A DNA stretch of 43,615 nucleotides from Okamejei kenojei (lineage: Eukaryota), in assembly GCA_035221665.1 (NCBI GenBank), contig CM069132.1, forward strand, positions 161,282,386 to 161,326,000, given 5' to 3'. Both the position numbers and the translations under genes were made by a program. The notes beneath the pieces were generated by a model, which saw only the letters and a list, made by a program, of their open reading frames with translations, searched no databases and was not told where the DNA came from. Positions 10,875 through 24,273 of this stretch are shown piece after piece (positions within the stretch are counted from its first letter, which is position 1; the number at the start of each line of letters is the position of its first letter).

Positions 10875-11035
10875 GCTGGGAAGTGTGACCGGTTTGTTTC
10901 TGTACAGAACCTCGCAACAAACCAACTGCAAGGAAGTTGGATTTCGGCCCATCTTAGAGAGAATTAAATACCCGGCAAAAGAGGGTGCGGCTTTGGGCGG
11001 GACCTGTAAACCGAGAGGTGCAGCGGGCGGAGCTG
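10875..11035 (-). promoter_or_regulatory. Putative VH promoter region
   Basis: Directly upstream of the leader: TATA-like TATTTAA (about 10964-10970, minus), GC boxes GGGCGG at 10995 and 11025, ETS-like GGAAGT near 10879 and 10932. No octamer. Motifs only. Confidence 0.4.
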
Positions 11036-11328
11036 AGACACGGCTCCCAACTCAACAGCGAGATGGGCTCACGCTTTCACATCTATTAACTGATACAGAT
11101 GCACAAGAGGTGAACAAAACAGCGTGCTTTTCCGCCCCTTACACAATATAAACTCATGCTATAGTTGTAAATAAGATGGTGGAAAGTTTGGTTTTTCATA
11201 GTGCAGTTTTTTCTTAAAATATGTTCGGAATTCCTCAAATTTATATTAAAATGCGTCTGGGTGTGCGTGTGCTTGCGTGTGTGAGAGGGAGAGAGAGGAG
11301 AGGCGAGAGAAAATATTTGAGCAAAAAA

Positions 11329-11397
11329 GACAGACAGACAGACAACAGGCAGACATACAGAAAGACAGACAGGCAGACGGACAGACAGACAGACAGA
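11329..11397. repeat. (GACA)n microsatellite
   Basis: Direct reading of the sequence. Confidence 0.9.
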
Positions 11398-11414
11398 CCT
11401 GCCTTCATTGTTAG

Positions 11415-11600
11415 CTAGACACAAAATGCTGGAGAAACTCAGCGGGACAGGCAGCATCTCTGGAGAGAAGGAATGTGTGACGTTTTGGGGTCGAGACTTC
11501 TTCAGACCTCCAGAGATGCTGCCTGTCCCGCTGAGTTACTCCAGGATTTTGTGTCTAGCTTCGATTTAAAGCAGCATCTGCAGTTCTTTCCTACACATTC
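11415..11600. mobile_element. Palindromic Penelope-type non-autonomous repeat
   Basis: Arms 11415-11465 and 11508-11558 are inverted repeats around a minus-strand gtctgaagaagtctcgacccc..aaacgtcac core. Confidence 0.7.
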
Positions 11601-11654
11601 CAATATCAAGATACATTTATTTGTCACGTGTCCCCCATTTTCCAATGTTCAATA

Positions 11655-11886
11655 GATTCAGGATCAGTTCCTGTGGATTGGAGGATAGCTAATGTTATCC
11701 CACTTTTCAAGAAAGGAGTGAGAGAGAAAACGGGGAATACAGACCAGTTAGCCTGACTTTGGTGGTGGGAAAGATGCTGGAGTCAATTATTAAAGAAGTA
11801 ATAATGGGGCATTTGGATAGCAGTAAAAGGATTAGTCCAAGTCAACATGGATTTATGAAAGGGAAATCATGCTTGACTAATCTTCT
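11655..11886 (+). mobile_element. CR1 RT fragment
   Basis: ..YRPVSLTLVVGKMLESIIKEVI..ISPSQHGFMKGKSCL; nearly identical to the minus-strand copy at about 40045-40210. Confidence 0.85.
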
Positions 11887-11952
11887 GTGTGCGTGTGTGT
11901 GTGCGTAAATGTGTGTCAATAACACATTCGATCAATAACATTCTCTGCATAC

Positions 11953-14900
11953 GATATTACATAATAAAATTGTTATATTGAAATATAAATTAAATAAAAT
12001 ATATACAGATCAAGTGATAAAATTTTACCAACATACTAAAACAATTACAGTTTGAATTTGGGGATAAGCCCCAAAAACTGCTGGCTCGACAATTAAGGAA
12101 AATTGAAGCGGAAAAAATTATACATAGGATTAAAATCACAAAATGGTGATTTATTAATTACAACCTAAAGATATTAATGAAAGATTTATGCAATATTATA
12201 AAAATTTATTTTACACTGCTAAAACAACAGTAAGTAAAATAGAAATAGATGCATTTATAAAAAAAATGTAACTTGAAAGGACTGGATTTACAAAATAGAA
12301 AATTATTAAATGCTGATATTTGAATAAATGAAATTAAAGAATCTATTAGATCATTAAAAAATGGTAAAACACCGGGACCTGATGGTATAGATTCGGAATT
12401 TTATAAAAACATTTCATGAATATATAGTCCCATATTCTAAAATCATTATATGAAACAGATATATACAGAACAGAAGCTTCCAGATACATTGAACGAATCT
12501 ATTATAACACTCATACCTAAAATAAATAAAGACTTGGACGAACCAGGATCATATAGAGCAATAGCTCTATTAAATACAGATCAAAAGATATTAACAACAA
12601 TATTAGCAAAAAGATTGAGTTCAGTTGTTAATGAATTAATACATCCGGATCAAACTGGATTTATACCAAAAAGATATTCTTCATATAATCTAAGACGATT
12701 GTTTAATATTATATATTCGAAAAGAAGTGATAAAAAAGACTTAGTAGTTATTTCGCTTGATGCAGAAAAGGCTTTTGACCAAGTGGAATGGCCTTATTTA
12801 TTTTCGGTGATGGAAGCCTTTAAACTAGGAGAGGAGTTTATTACTTGGATTAAATTATTATATGCAAATCCAATAGCTAGAATAACAACAAATCGAATGT
12901 TATCAATTAAATTTAATTTATCACGAGGTTGTAGGCAAGGTTGCCCTTTATCACCTTTATTGTTTGCATTAGCAATAGAACACTTGCTCAGAGGGTAAGA
13001 CTACACCCGGAAATATTATGGATATGATACCGCAAATACTAAGAATAAAATTTCCTTATATGCAGATGATGTTATTACTTTATATCACTCAACCAGAAAT
13101 AAGTATTCGAAATTTGTTTAAAACTAATAACGGAATTCGGATCATTTTCAGGATACAGTATTTAATTGGAATAAAAGTGAACTTATGCCTATAACAATGA
13201 ATAAGTTACATATATTACAACAATTTCCTTTTAAGATAACAAATGAAAATATTAAATATCTTGGGATTTTTGTTACAAAAAGATTTAATTCTCTATTTAA
13301 ATCTAATTTCCCCCCATTACTAAATAAATTAAATAAGAATATTTCATATTGGAAAAGTTTACCTATCTCGATGATAGGGAAAATTTAATGCAATAAAAAA
13401 AAAATGATTTTTCTCCCACAATTATTATATTTATTTCAATTAATACGATATATCTTCCAAAATTTTTTTTAAAAAAGTAGATTCTTTAATTACGAATTTT
13501 ATTTGGGATTATAAGACATAGAATAAATAAAAAACATTTATGTAAATCTAAAATAAATGGAGGATTAGCGTTACCAAACTTGATGTTTTTTTACTGGGCA
13601 GTTAATATTAAAAACATGAATTTTTGGTTAGGAGAAATAGACAATAAACCAAATTGGTTAAATATGGAAGAAGAAGATTGTTCTCCATTAGAAATTAGCT
13701 CTAAATATTTGCTAATATTAATGTAGCTAAGAAAGTTTATAGTGAAAATCCGATAATAGAAAATGGAATCCGCATATGGAAACAAATAAAGAAAGCATTA
13801 AAAAACTAAAATCTATACCAATAAGTCTTAAGATTGTTAATAATTTTTATGTTTAAAACCTTCAATTTTGGATAAGGCTTTTTTACAATGGAAAAATAAA
13901 GGGAATTTCTAAGATGAGTGATCTTTATAAGGAAAACACTTTTCTTTCATTTCAAGAGTTGCAAACAAATTTATGGGCTACAAATAAAGAATATTTTCAG
14001 ATATTTACAAATTAGAAACTATGCCTCTGCAAAATATATATGAATTTAGAAATAGAAAAATAGAAATTTTAGATGAATGTTTGAATAAACATCCAAATAT
14101 GGAAAAAATGATATCATATATATATAATATTTTATTGGAAAATGATACCCCATCAGAAATATACAGAGAGTCTTGGGAAAAGGAATTAGGCCAAATAATA
14201 AGACCAGAAATATGGGATGAAAGTTTACAAACATATACATTATTGTTCATTAAACGCTAAACATTCTCTTATACAGTTTAAAATATTACATAGATTACAT
14301 TACTCTAAATCTAAATTACATAATATTTTTCCAAAAATATCTCCAATATGTGACAAATGTCAAATTTCAGAAGCAAATTTGACACCACTCATTTACTAAC
14401 TGCATAAAAAATATGTAGAATACTGGAAGGAAATATTTAAAATAATCTCGACCGTTATTCAATATAAATATAACCCCTGACCCAAAGTTAATTATACTTG
14501 TGAATATTGAAACTGACCAATTAATAACAACGAATCAAAGAACTTTTATTGATTATGGTTTAATAATTGGGGGGAAAAAAATTAATATTAAATTTTGGAA
14601 AGGCCTGCATTCCCAACAATTAAAATGTGGAATATAGAAATGTCGGAGACACTCCATTTGGAGAGATTGAGGCTTGTCCTTATGGACAGGTTAGATTCTT
14701 CAGATGGATTTGGTCTCCATATATTAAATATTTACAGGGTCATAATGGTTCGGCGCGAGAACCATGACTGAGACCTGGATATTTGAGGGGATGAAGAGAT
14801 ACATATAATAATCATGAATATATCTATAAGGACGGATTAATGACGAATATTTTATTCTCCATCAAACCTTTTCTTATCTTTATTCTATTTCCTAACTTTT

Positions 14901-15454
14901 CTATTTTCTTTTATCTAAATAAAAAATTAAAAACAATATAGAAAACACACTATCTTAATATTAGTACGAAATAAATATTATTAGATTTATGAGAACATTG
15001 TTAGTATTATTAGTATTTTTTAGTATTTTATATTTTTATTATATAAAATTATCTACTTTTAATGGTACAATTAATTTTAAATTTAAATTTAAGCGATAAG
15101 GATAAAATATTGTCTAACATTAGGAAGAAATAATGGAAATTATATGTTTTACTAACTTTTTGTATCAATAATATCATTAAAATTTGGTCCTTATACCTAA
15201 AAAATTAGAGAGATAAAATGAAAATTACTAATAGTACGAGTATAATGCTTAATTTTGAATGTATTTAATAGTATTAAGTATCCTCTAATTATATAAATAT
15301 ACAACTTTGAAATTTATAATTAAGGATAATACAGTATAAATAATATTATTAGTATGAATCAATTATTAAGACTATGTATTTTTTACTATTGAAATATTGT
15401 AACTGGTTGTTATTTTGTTTCTATAATAAATTAAATTAAAACAAAAAAAAAAAA
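11953..15454 (+). mobile_element. 5'-truncated L1-clade LINE (ORF2 RT with frameshifts), poly(A) tail and 16-bp TSD
   Basis: KTPGPDG, ITLIPK..SYRAIALLNTDQKI, SLDAEKAFDQVEW, RGCRQGCPLSPLLF, YADD and a C-terminal CDKC motif. AATAAA and poly(A) at about 15425-15456. AACATTCTCTGCATAC is duplicated at 11937-11952 and 15455-15470. Confidence 0.92.
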
Positions 15455-16168
15455 AACATTCTCTGCATACATATGAATGCCACACGTGACAAATTCACAG
15501 ATGCATTGAAAATAGCAATAAATTAAAATTAAAGTCATAGTGGCATTCATATGTATGCAGAGAATGTTTTGATCCACAGCCATTGTTGGTAAATACAGGG
15601 ATATGATGCATGTTCTCAGTTAACCTAGCTCTTGTAGAAAATATTGATTGACTAACATCATCCATATGCACTTCAACTTTATTTTTTTTACAGGAGAGAA
15701 CGTTGACAATTTAAAATAAATGTCTCTGATGTAATCTGTTCGGAGATTTGCATTTCTTTCTCGCTTTATCTGTTTTCCCGCCTCTGGGGGAAACATTGAT
15801 TCTGTTTCTGTCCTTCAGTGAACGAACCTGGGTCTGGGGCTGTTGAAATCAGCGTTTATTTAAATCAGCTCATCTCTGTTTCCAGCCATTTTTAGAGCAA
15901 CACAAACAAGGCAATGGAGATATAATTATCGACGGCAATTATATGTTTTAACGATATTGGCAGTTGGTGCGAATCAAAGGAATTCTCCGAGGGAGTCTAT
16001 TTTATCATATCTTGTTCAAATAAAATAATGTGGTTTTATATTACAGATTCACTTTGAATATTATTTTGTTGTCCACTTGAATCTCCACTTGAAGAAATGT
16101 CTAAGCACGTGAGGTCAATGGAGGAATCGAGTTCTTTCCACACCTCCACTGTAGGTTTTTCATTATTA

Positions 16169-16425
16169 ACACACACACACTTACGCACACACACACGCAC
16201 ACACTCTCACACATACATAGCAGCACACACACTCTCGCACTCACAAACACACACACACTCACACACGCACACACACACATACTCAGACACACACACATAG
16301 CAGCACACACACACACGTACGCAAGCACAAATACACACACTCGTACGCAAGCACAAATACACACACTCACGCACACTCACACACACACTCACACACACAC
16401 TCACACACATAGCAGCACACATACA
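16169..16425. repeat. CA-rich compound microsatellite
   Basis: Direct reading of the sequence. Confidence 0.9.
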
Positions 16426-16547
16426 TCAAGCACGATCCACTGCCATGTACGTCCAGGCCCAAGTAAGAATCTAATTGTACCGCTCTCGGCACTTATGAAA
16501 ATTATACATTCTTGATACTTGACGCGTCATGTGTGAGAAACATCGGG

Positions 16548-18110
16548 GAAACATAGAAACATAGAAAAATATGTGCAGGAGTAGGCCATTCGGCCCTTCA
16601 ACATAATCATGGCTAAATTCAGTGCCCCGTTCCTGCTTTTCCCCATATTCCTTGATTCCATTAGTCCTAAGAGCTAAATCTAACTCTCTCTTGAAAAGAT
16701 CCAGTGAATTGGCCTCCGTTGCATTCTGTGGCAGAGAGTTCCACAGATTCACAACTCTCTGGATGAGTTTTTTTATCCTCATCTCAGTCCTACATGGCCT
16801 ATCCCTTATTCTTAAACTGTGACCCCTGGTTCTGGACTCCCCCAACGTTAGGAACATTTTTCCTGCATCTAGCCTCTCAGTCCCGCCATCCCGGGAATTG
16901 ACCTGGTGAACCTACGCTGCACTCCCTCAATAGCAATAATGTCCTTCCTGAAATTTGGAGACCAAAATTGCACACAATACTCCAGGTGCGGTCTCACCTG
17001 GGCCCTGTATATCAATACCCTTCCCCAATACCATGTGATCTAATTTTGCACACTAATCCCTTGTGTGGGACCTTGTCAAGGGTTTTTTGAAAGTCTGGAT
17101 ACACCACATCCACTGGCTCTCCCTGATCAATTCTACTTGTTACATCCTCAAAAAATTCCAGAAGATTAGTCAAGCGTGATTTCCCCTTCATAAATCCATG
17201 CGGACTTTGACCAATCTTGTCACTGCTTTCCAAATGCGTCGCTGTAACATCTTTAATAATCGACTCCAGCATCTTCCCCAGCACCGATGTAAGGCTAACT
17301 GGTCTATAATTCCTCGTTTTCTCTCTCCCTCCTTTCTTAAAAAGTGGAGTTACAACGGTTACCCTCCAGTCCACAGGAACTGATCCAGTCGGGAGAATAT
17401 TGGAAAATGATAACCAATGCATTCACGATTTCTAGGGCCACCTCCTTGAGTACTCTGGGATGCAGACCATCAGGCCCTGGGGATTTATCTGTCTTCAGTC
17501 CCAACAGTTTACATAACACCATTTCCTGGCTAACGTGGGTTCCCTTCAGTTCTCCCTCTCCACCTAGATCCTCAGTCCCCTAGTATTTCTGGGAGATTGT
17601 TGTTGTCCTTCCTAGTAAACTACGAAACCAACGTACTCGTTTATCTGTTCTGCCATTTCCTTGCTTTCATTAGGAAATTCACCTGTCTTGATTTTAAGTG
17701 ACCTAAATTTTCTTCACTGATCTTTTCCTTTTAACATATCCTATAGAAACCTTTTGCAGTTCCAGTTTTGATATTCCTACCCTGTTGAGTCTAAATTCCT
17801 CCAGTCCTCCAGGGCCAATTTATAAATAACCTCTTCAATGGATTTAACACTATCCTTGATTTCCTCGTTAGTCACTTGTTGAGCCGCCTTCCCCATATTA
17901 TTTCTTTCTCTGGACAGGGATGAACACTTTTTGGTTGTTCCAAATGCGTGGTCTTTAATATTTTGCTGATTGCATCTCCACCATCAACACTTTAAGTTAT
18001 AATTTGCAGTCTATCTAGCAATTGATCAGCATGATCACTTGAATGACGGGCTGGCTCGAACGGGCCAAATGGCATACTCCTGCCACCTCATTGTCTATTG
18101 TCTATTGTCT
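16548..18110 (-). mobile_element. CR1 LINE remnant with internal deletions
   Basis: DKSPGPDGLHPRVLKE, PLFKKGGREK..NYRPVSLTSV, VDVVYPDFQK..DKVPH and a (CATAGAAA)n tail. Confidence 0.88.
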
Positions 18111-18129
18111 ATTTCCGTCTCATACCCTA

Positions 18130-20600
18130 ACTTCTCTTAATAGTTAGCTTATATTATTAGGCTATGGTGCTGCATATAAAAGCTGCTTCAATCCCTTTTG
18201 TTATTCAAGTGGTCTTGGAAACAACACATCTTTCCTCCACAGTGAATAAAATGTTATAATCAGTTTTCCATTTAATTGGAAAAGGCATTTCCACTAACAT
18301 TTGACTTCCTCACTTACCATACTTAAAATCCATTTTAATTTACGTGAAGCAGCCACCATTCAATGATCATCAATGATAGGCTGTTTTATGCAGTAAATTG
18401 CTAGATTCTGAAGAACATGGATGTGCTGAGGCATCTTGGGAGTCCAAGTGTCATAAGCTCGCAGCAGTTGGGAGCACGTTGCAGGATGGTAAAGTGGACA
18501 TTCCTACGGTATGCCTTGCGTTCATTGTAGGGGTAATGAGCAATCAGGGTCTGGATAGTCTGATGCAGTTCTATGTGAGTTTGATGAGGCAACAATTGGA
18601 GCATTGAGTACAGATCGATTGTGCCCCATAAAAGGGAAGAAATGGTGCGTTTTGGAGAGGGTTACAAAAGCAGGGTTAACAAGAATGCATGCCTGCATCA
18701 GCAGACAGGGAGAGATGGAATATCTGTGGAGTTGTTTTCTCTCGAAGTCGGAGATAATTTGCGGTAAAATCTTTTCCAATCTCATAGATAATATTTTGGA
18801 AAGATTTTGAAATCTACATTTATCATTGATATAGGGTCTATTGATGACACTTCAGTAGGGTCTTTATCTTTTATTAAGGAATTAAAGAAAATTGAAGCTT
18901 CATAAAAAGATTGTGTAATTCTATTCCTTTAAATGGTATTCTCTAAATACCTTGGAGACAATTATTTGAAAAAATACTTTTAAAAAATTTCTACTGTAAA
19001 ACCCATCAAACTGGAGCTTTACCAGAATTCATGAAAAGATTGCTTTTCTGTATTTCTTCTCCGTGAGGGTTTCGGTCTAACAAAACAGAGACTCATTATG
19101 TGGTAAATTTGGGCAAGTTCAGTTTCTTTAAAAACTCATGAATAATAATGGAAACAGTAGGATAATTGATTGATGTAAGGAGGTATATAAAATTCCTGAA
19201 AGGTTTTATTATTTTGTAGTTGTTCTACAGTTACTGTACCATCCCGTTTTCTCACTTTAGCTAATCTACTTTGGCCGACACCGCTTCCAACAGATTAGCG
19301 AGTAATTTACAGATTTTTCACCATGTATATAAAATTGGCTTTTGGTTTTAAGTAGCTGGTTCTCAATCGGTGATATAATAACAAATCATGTCTCAATTGT
19401 AGTTCAACTCTTTTCTTGGCCAGAGCTCTAAACGCTAGGAGCTTTTGATATTTTTATTCAATTTCTTTAATCTCGTCAGCCAAGGTACGTATTTCTTTTT
19501 TATTTTGTTTTTTTGATGCCCGCGGTATATGAACATTTATTCACGAATATATGCCTTAAAAGGCATCCCAGACTGCACCATTGGATATGTCTTCAGTATG
19601 AGTTTGTCAAAAAGTAAAAAGCAATCTGATCTTTCATAAATTTAAATAAAATTTTATAGTCTTGAAGCAAAGTGGAAATTAAATCGCCATTGTTTAGCAC
19701 TAAACGTGGAAAATCAGGTGATTGATTGATAGTTTTCAAAGGTGCGTGATCTGAAATAGCGATTGCGTCATACTCAATTCAGTGACCGATGAACTAGCGA
19801 GAATCTAGTATAAAAATAATCAATCCGTAGAATAACTGTGATGTATTACATGATGAGAAAAATGAAAATACTGTGTCATCTTGGGTTGTAAGAATCTACA
19901 AACTTCTAACATTCCAGAGTCAAGTAAAAAATCATTATTAAAATTAGCTGATTTATTTGGATGCAACATGATCTGAAGTAGACACTGTCATTCGAGGGGT
20001 TCAGACAGCGTTTGAAATCTCACCCATTTAAAAAGTGGTTCATTTAAATATAGGAAAGGGATGCAATTAACTGTTTTAAAATCTCAGGGTGATCAAGTTT
20101 TGGTGCGTAGACATTCAACATAGCAACTTTTTGCATGTTAAAGAACACAGTATCACCAAAAATCTGCCAATGGATCAGAATTTGCTTCATAGTGAACAAA
20201 CGGAATTAGGGATGTCAATAAAAATAGAGTACATCTTCTCCTTAGCCTGTGAATTGAATGAAATCTGTTGTCCTCTCCAAAACTTGAAAAATCGTAAATT
20301 GTCATCTTGCCTTACATGAGTTTCCTGAAACAAAGATAATCTTAGATTTAGTTTGTGAAGAATTTGAAAAAAAAATCCTCTCTTATGGGATGGGTCAGAC
20401 ACATTCACATTCCATAAAAGGGTATTAATATACTTTATTCCATATTGGCCTTTTAATTATCATGTCGGGATGTAATGGGTTAAATTCTTGAAGCCTGAAA
20501 AGTTCATGATTGCGGAAGAAGAAAAAATCTCACGGTGGAGACGGTAGTCACGACATTTCAGACATTTCTGTAGTCAGAATTTGCACAAATGAAAAAACGT
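18130..20600 (-). mobile_element. Decayed L1-clade LINE (APE endonuclease and start of RT)
   Basis: LFQETH..FKFWRGQ, SRIDY, SDHAP, WDAFKAYIR and RLEKILPQIIS motifs on the minus strand, with many indels. Confidence 0.8.
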
Positions 20601-20619
20601 AATATACTATCTCTCTATG

Positions 20620-21119
20620 NNNNNNNNNNNNNNNNNNNNNNNNNNNNNNNNNNNNNNNNNNNNNNNNNNNNNNNNNNNNNNNNNNNNNNNNNNNNNNNNN
20701 NNNNNNNNNNNNNNNNNNNNNNNNNNNNNNNNNNNNNNNNNNNNNNNNNNNNNNNNNNNNNNNNNNNNNNNNNNNNNNNNNNNNNNNNNNNNNNNNNNNN
20801 NNNNNNNNNNNNNNNNNNNNNNNNNNNNNNNNNNNNNNNNNNNNNNNNNNNNNNNNNNNNNNNNNNNNNNNNNNNNNNNNNNNNNNNNNNNNNNNNNNNN
20901 NNNNNNNNNNNNNNNNNNNNNNNNNNNNNNNNNNNNNNNNNNNNNNNNNNNNNNNNNNNNNNNNNNNNNNNNNNNNNNNNNNNNNNNNNNNNNNNNNNNN
21001 NNNNNNNNNNNNNNNNNNNNNNNNNNNNNNNNNNNNNNNNNNNNNNNNNNNNNNNNNNNNNNNNNNNNNNNNNNNNNNNNNNNNNNNNNNNNNNNNNNNN
21101 NNNNNNNNNNNNNNNNNNN
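20620..21119. other. Assembly gap of exactly 500 N (placeholder size)
   Basis: Run of N. Smaller gaps lie at 26790-26926, 27831-28048, 28547-28711 and 35837-35969. Confidence 0.98.
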
Positions 21120-21229
21120 TGGCCTCCACCCTGCCCCTCTTGTTATGTTTTATTCTCTTATATCCCTTTTCCCGACAGGTTGATGAAGAATGGTCTCACC
21201 CAAAATCTGGACCCCACCGCGGGCGGGAC

Positions 21230-22180
21230 TGACCACAATGCCTTTTTAGTTATCTGTCACTGCTTTTTAAAAAAGTGCCCAATCCCTCTTGCTTCCCGGC
21301 TCATCAATGCTATTGTATACTTCTCTTTTATTTTGATACTGCCCCTGAACGTCCCTTGTCAGCCACGGTCCGCCCTTACTCCCCCTTGGAATCTTTATTC
21401 CTCTTTGGAATAACTGATCCTGACCTTCTGGATGATTCCCGAAAATACCTGCCATTGGTTGTTCCACTGTCATCCTGTAGGGGTTCTTTTAAAGGGATGA
21501 GGTTACGGATTACTTTGGTTCTCTAATAAATAGTCCATGCGTAGCATGGCTTTATGATGAGGAGGTCCTGCTTGAACGAATTGTTGGAATTCTTTGAGGA
21601 GGTAAACAGAGAGGACAGACAAAGGAGAAGAGTCCGTAGATGTTGGTTTATCTAATTTTCAGAAAGCCTTTGATAAGGTGCAACACGTGAGGCTGCTAAG
21701 GAAGACGACGAGCCCACCTCGGTATCAAGGGCAGATACTCGCGTTGGTGATAGTAGGTTGGCCTGGATGCAGAAGGAAAAGAGTTCATAAAGGGGGCCTT
21801 TTTCTGTCTTGGCGGCCGGTTGAACTAGCGGAGTCTCAGGGGCTCGGAGCTGGGGCCGCTCGCCTACCTTCCCGTTGTATGTGGACGAGGGCCACATGGA
21901 AGGGCTTTGAGGACAAGTTTGCGGATTATACGGAAAATCGGTGGGAGGGGCAGGTAGTGTAGTAGAGAAAAGCAGGACTGGCAAGAAGGACTTGGACAGG
22001 TTTGGGAGAGTGGGCAGAGAAGTGGGCAGATGGAATATAGTTGCAGCAAAGTGAGAGTCGTGCATTGTGGTTAGCATGATGAAGGCGGAGACTATTGTCG
22101 TAATGGGGTGAGAATCAGAAATCATAGGGACAAAGGGAACTTTGGGAGCTGGTGCAGGATTCCAAACTGTAATTGTGGAG
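21230..22180. mobile_element. Degraded CR1 fragments in both orientations
   Basis: Remnants of LLEFFEEV..DF.KAFDKV.H.RL and KFAD on +; CR1-like sequence on - at 21230-21500. Confidence 0.65.
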
Positions 22181-22631
22181 TGTAAAGAAAGCAAAACACC
22201 ATATGCTAGCATTTATTTTTGAAAGTTGGAATAAAAACCAAGGAGACCATGAATGGCAAATCGCACTTCATTGGAAGAGAATGCTCGCGTCTCTTTCCAC
22301 CTCCAGCCTTTGTGGTTGAATGTACTCCCCCATTGTTATCCACCCATACTCACAGGCGTTGTTCTTGCCCCCCCTCTCTTATCCAGCTTTCTCCCCCTCC
22401 CCCCACTTCCGTCAGTCTCCGTTGTCTGTCATTCCATCCCTCAGATGCTGCCTGACCGCTGAGTTACTCTCAACACTCTGTGAGAAACGTCACTAATCCA
22501 TGTTCTCCACAGTATGCTGCCTGACCCGCTCTGAGTTACTCCAGCATCTGTTTTACACTCGGATTCCAGCCACTTGCAGTTCTTGACTCCATATATGTAA
22601 TAGTTAATGAAACATTAAAATGGTGACCACA

Positions 22632-22870
22632 TCACACACCCCCCACACACCCCTCCCCCCCCCCACACACACACACACAAACTCCACACACACGCATCCC
22701 ACACACACCACCACTCCACACAACACACAACCCCAAACAACGCATCCCACACACACGCATCCCACACACACACATACCACTCCACCACACACACCCCTAC
22801 ACAGCATCCCACACCACAACCATTCCCTCCACACCGCATCCCACACACACGCATCCCACACACCACACAA
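22632..22870. repeat. CA-rich minisatellite (cacacacgcatcc units)
   Basis: Direct reading of the sequence. Confidence 0.85.
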
Positions 22871-23344
22871 TATACAATGTGGCATGGTTAACAATTTAAC
22901 GCTAACCTGAAATGTAATGTCGTTCCTCTCTCCACAGAAGGATGCCTGCCCTGGTCCTGCGTATTTCAGCCATCACCTTTGCTCCAGGTTAATCCCATCG
23001 CACTGACTGGTGCGCTGGAGAGAGCGGCAGGATGTGTACTTCCAAACTCTTAAAACAATCCATGGATTTACCTGGACATGTTTGGGGAAGGACAAGCGCG
23101 CAGGCAGGTGGGAACTAGTGTAGCTGGGACACGTTGGCCGGTGTGGGCAAGCAGGGCCTGTGTCCACACGGCATCACTCTGTGACTGAGCCAAACAGCTA
23201 TAACGCGGGGAGACGGGCACTGGGCAGGGAAAGGATGGGATCATAGTTGTGAGGAGTTTGTCACTGCCTTCAAACAGCTACCCCGCTGCAACCAACCCCA
23301 GTAAACAATTCTCACACACAGCAAACTGGACAGAAAGCACTACT

Positions 23345-23350
23345 TTTATT
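23345..23350 (-). terminator. Candidate CDCP1 polyadenylation signal
   Basis: AATAAA on the minus strand, followed by GT-rich sequence and preceded by AU-rich UTR-like sequence. Confidence 0.35.
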
Positions 23351-24273
23351 TTTTTTTATAAACATTAAAGAGATTGGCAAATAAAAGGTGGAACAAACAA
23401 TAATAGTGAAAATGTAAATATTATAAATAAAAATCCTCAAAATAAAAAAAAAATCAAATCTGAAAGTTTCAGACCACATTCTGATTTCTACTCCAGATTT
23501 GGAGTGAACCTGTCATTGAAGAAAACAGAAATACAACCGCGTGTAAGATTCTCCAAGGTGATGTTTGGTCTCTTCCACTCACTCCCCCGAAGGCAACAAA
23601 CAGCCGTTTAACTTTGCTCATCCCTGGAGCACGGGAGAGGCCATTCAGTCCATCGGCTCCATGCTGGCCCCTGTAGAGCCCAGTTTCTCTCTGATTGCCC
23701 CCCCTCCCTGCCCGGCGGTCATACAGCAGCCGGTAACTGACGCACCTCATTGGGAATAAGGCGGGAGGAAGTCAGTGGCGTGCCCCCGACATCAGGAGCC
23801 GACGGTAGTCTAATAGGGTCTCCGCCCGAAGCGTCACCATTCCGTCTTCTCCACAGATGCTGCCGGTCCGTCTGAACTTACTCCAGCTTTTCGTGTCGAG
23901 CTGTGGGTGATGAAAACCCAGCCATCTGCAGTTCCTCCTTACACGGGCCTGACGGGGGCGCTGGGATGGGGTTTGGGGTTGGGGTAATTTAGGAGGTTTT
24001 GTGAAACGGTGCGAGGGCACAGGTGCTGGTTGATGCGTGCTGGCTAATCTCGGCTCCACATTGCCACACGTGGTTTAAGTCTGTGGTCAGTTTACGTGGC
24101 CACTCGGGCTGGGCCTGCGGGGTCCGGTTTGTAACTCCTGGGTTGATTGGGATGAAGAAAGTAAGAGGGCGGACACAGGATGAATCATGTCCTCACCACA
24201 GAGAACAGGCCCTTCGCCCTACGCTTCTTGCTGACCAGTTATACAAACTGAATAGACCCACCTGATTATTGAG

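Noticed and set aside
15746-15753. ATTTGCAT octamer upstream of VH
   Set aside because: It is about 4.9 kb from the leader (about 1.4 kb without the L1), and an 8-mer is expected by chance in AT-rich DNA.
20548-21413. ORFs spanning the N run
   Set aside because: They are open only because of the Ns.
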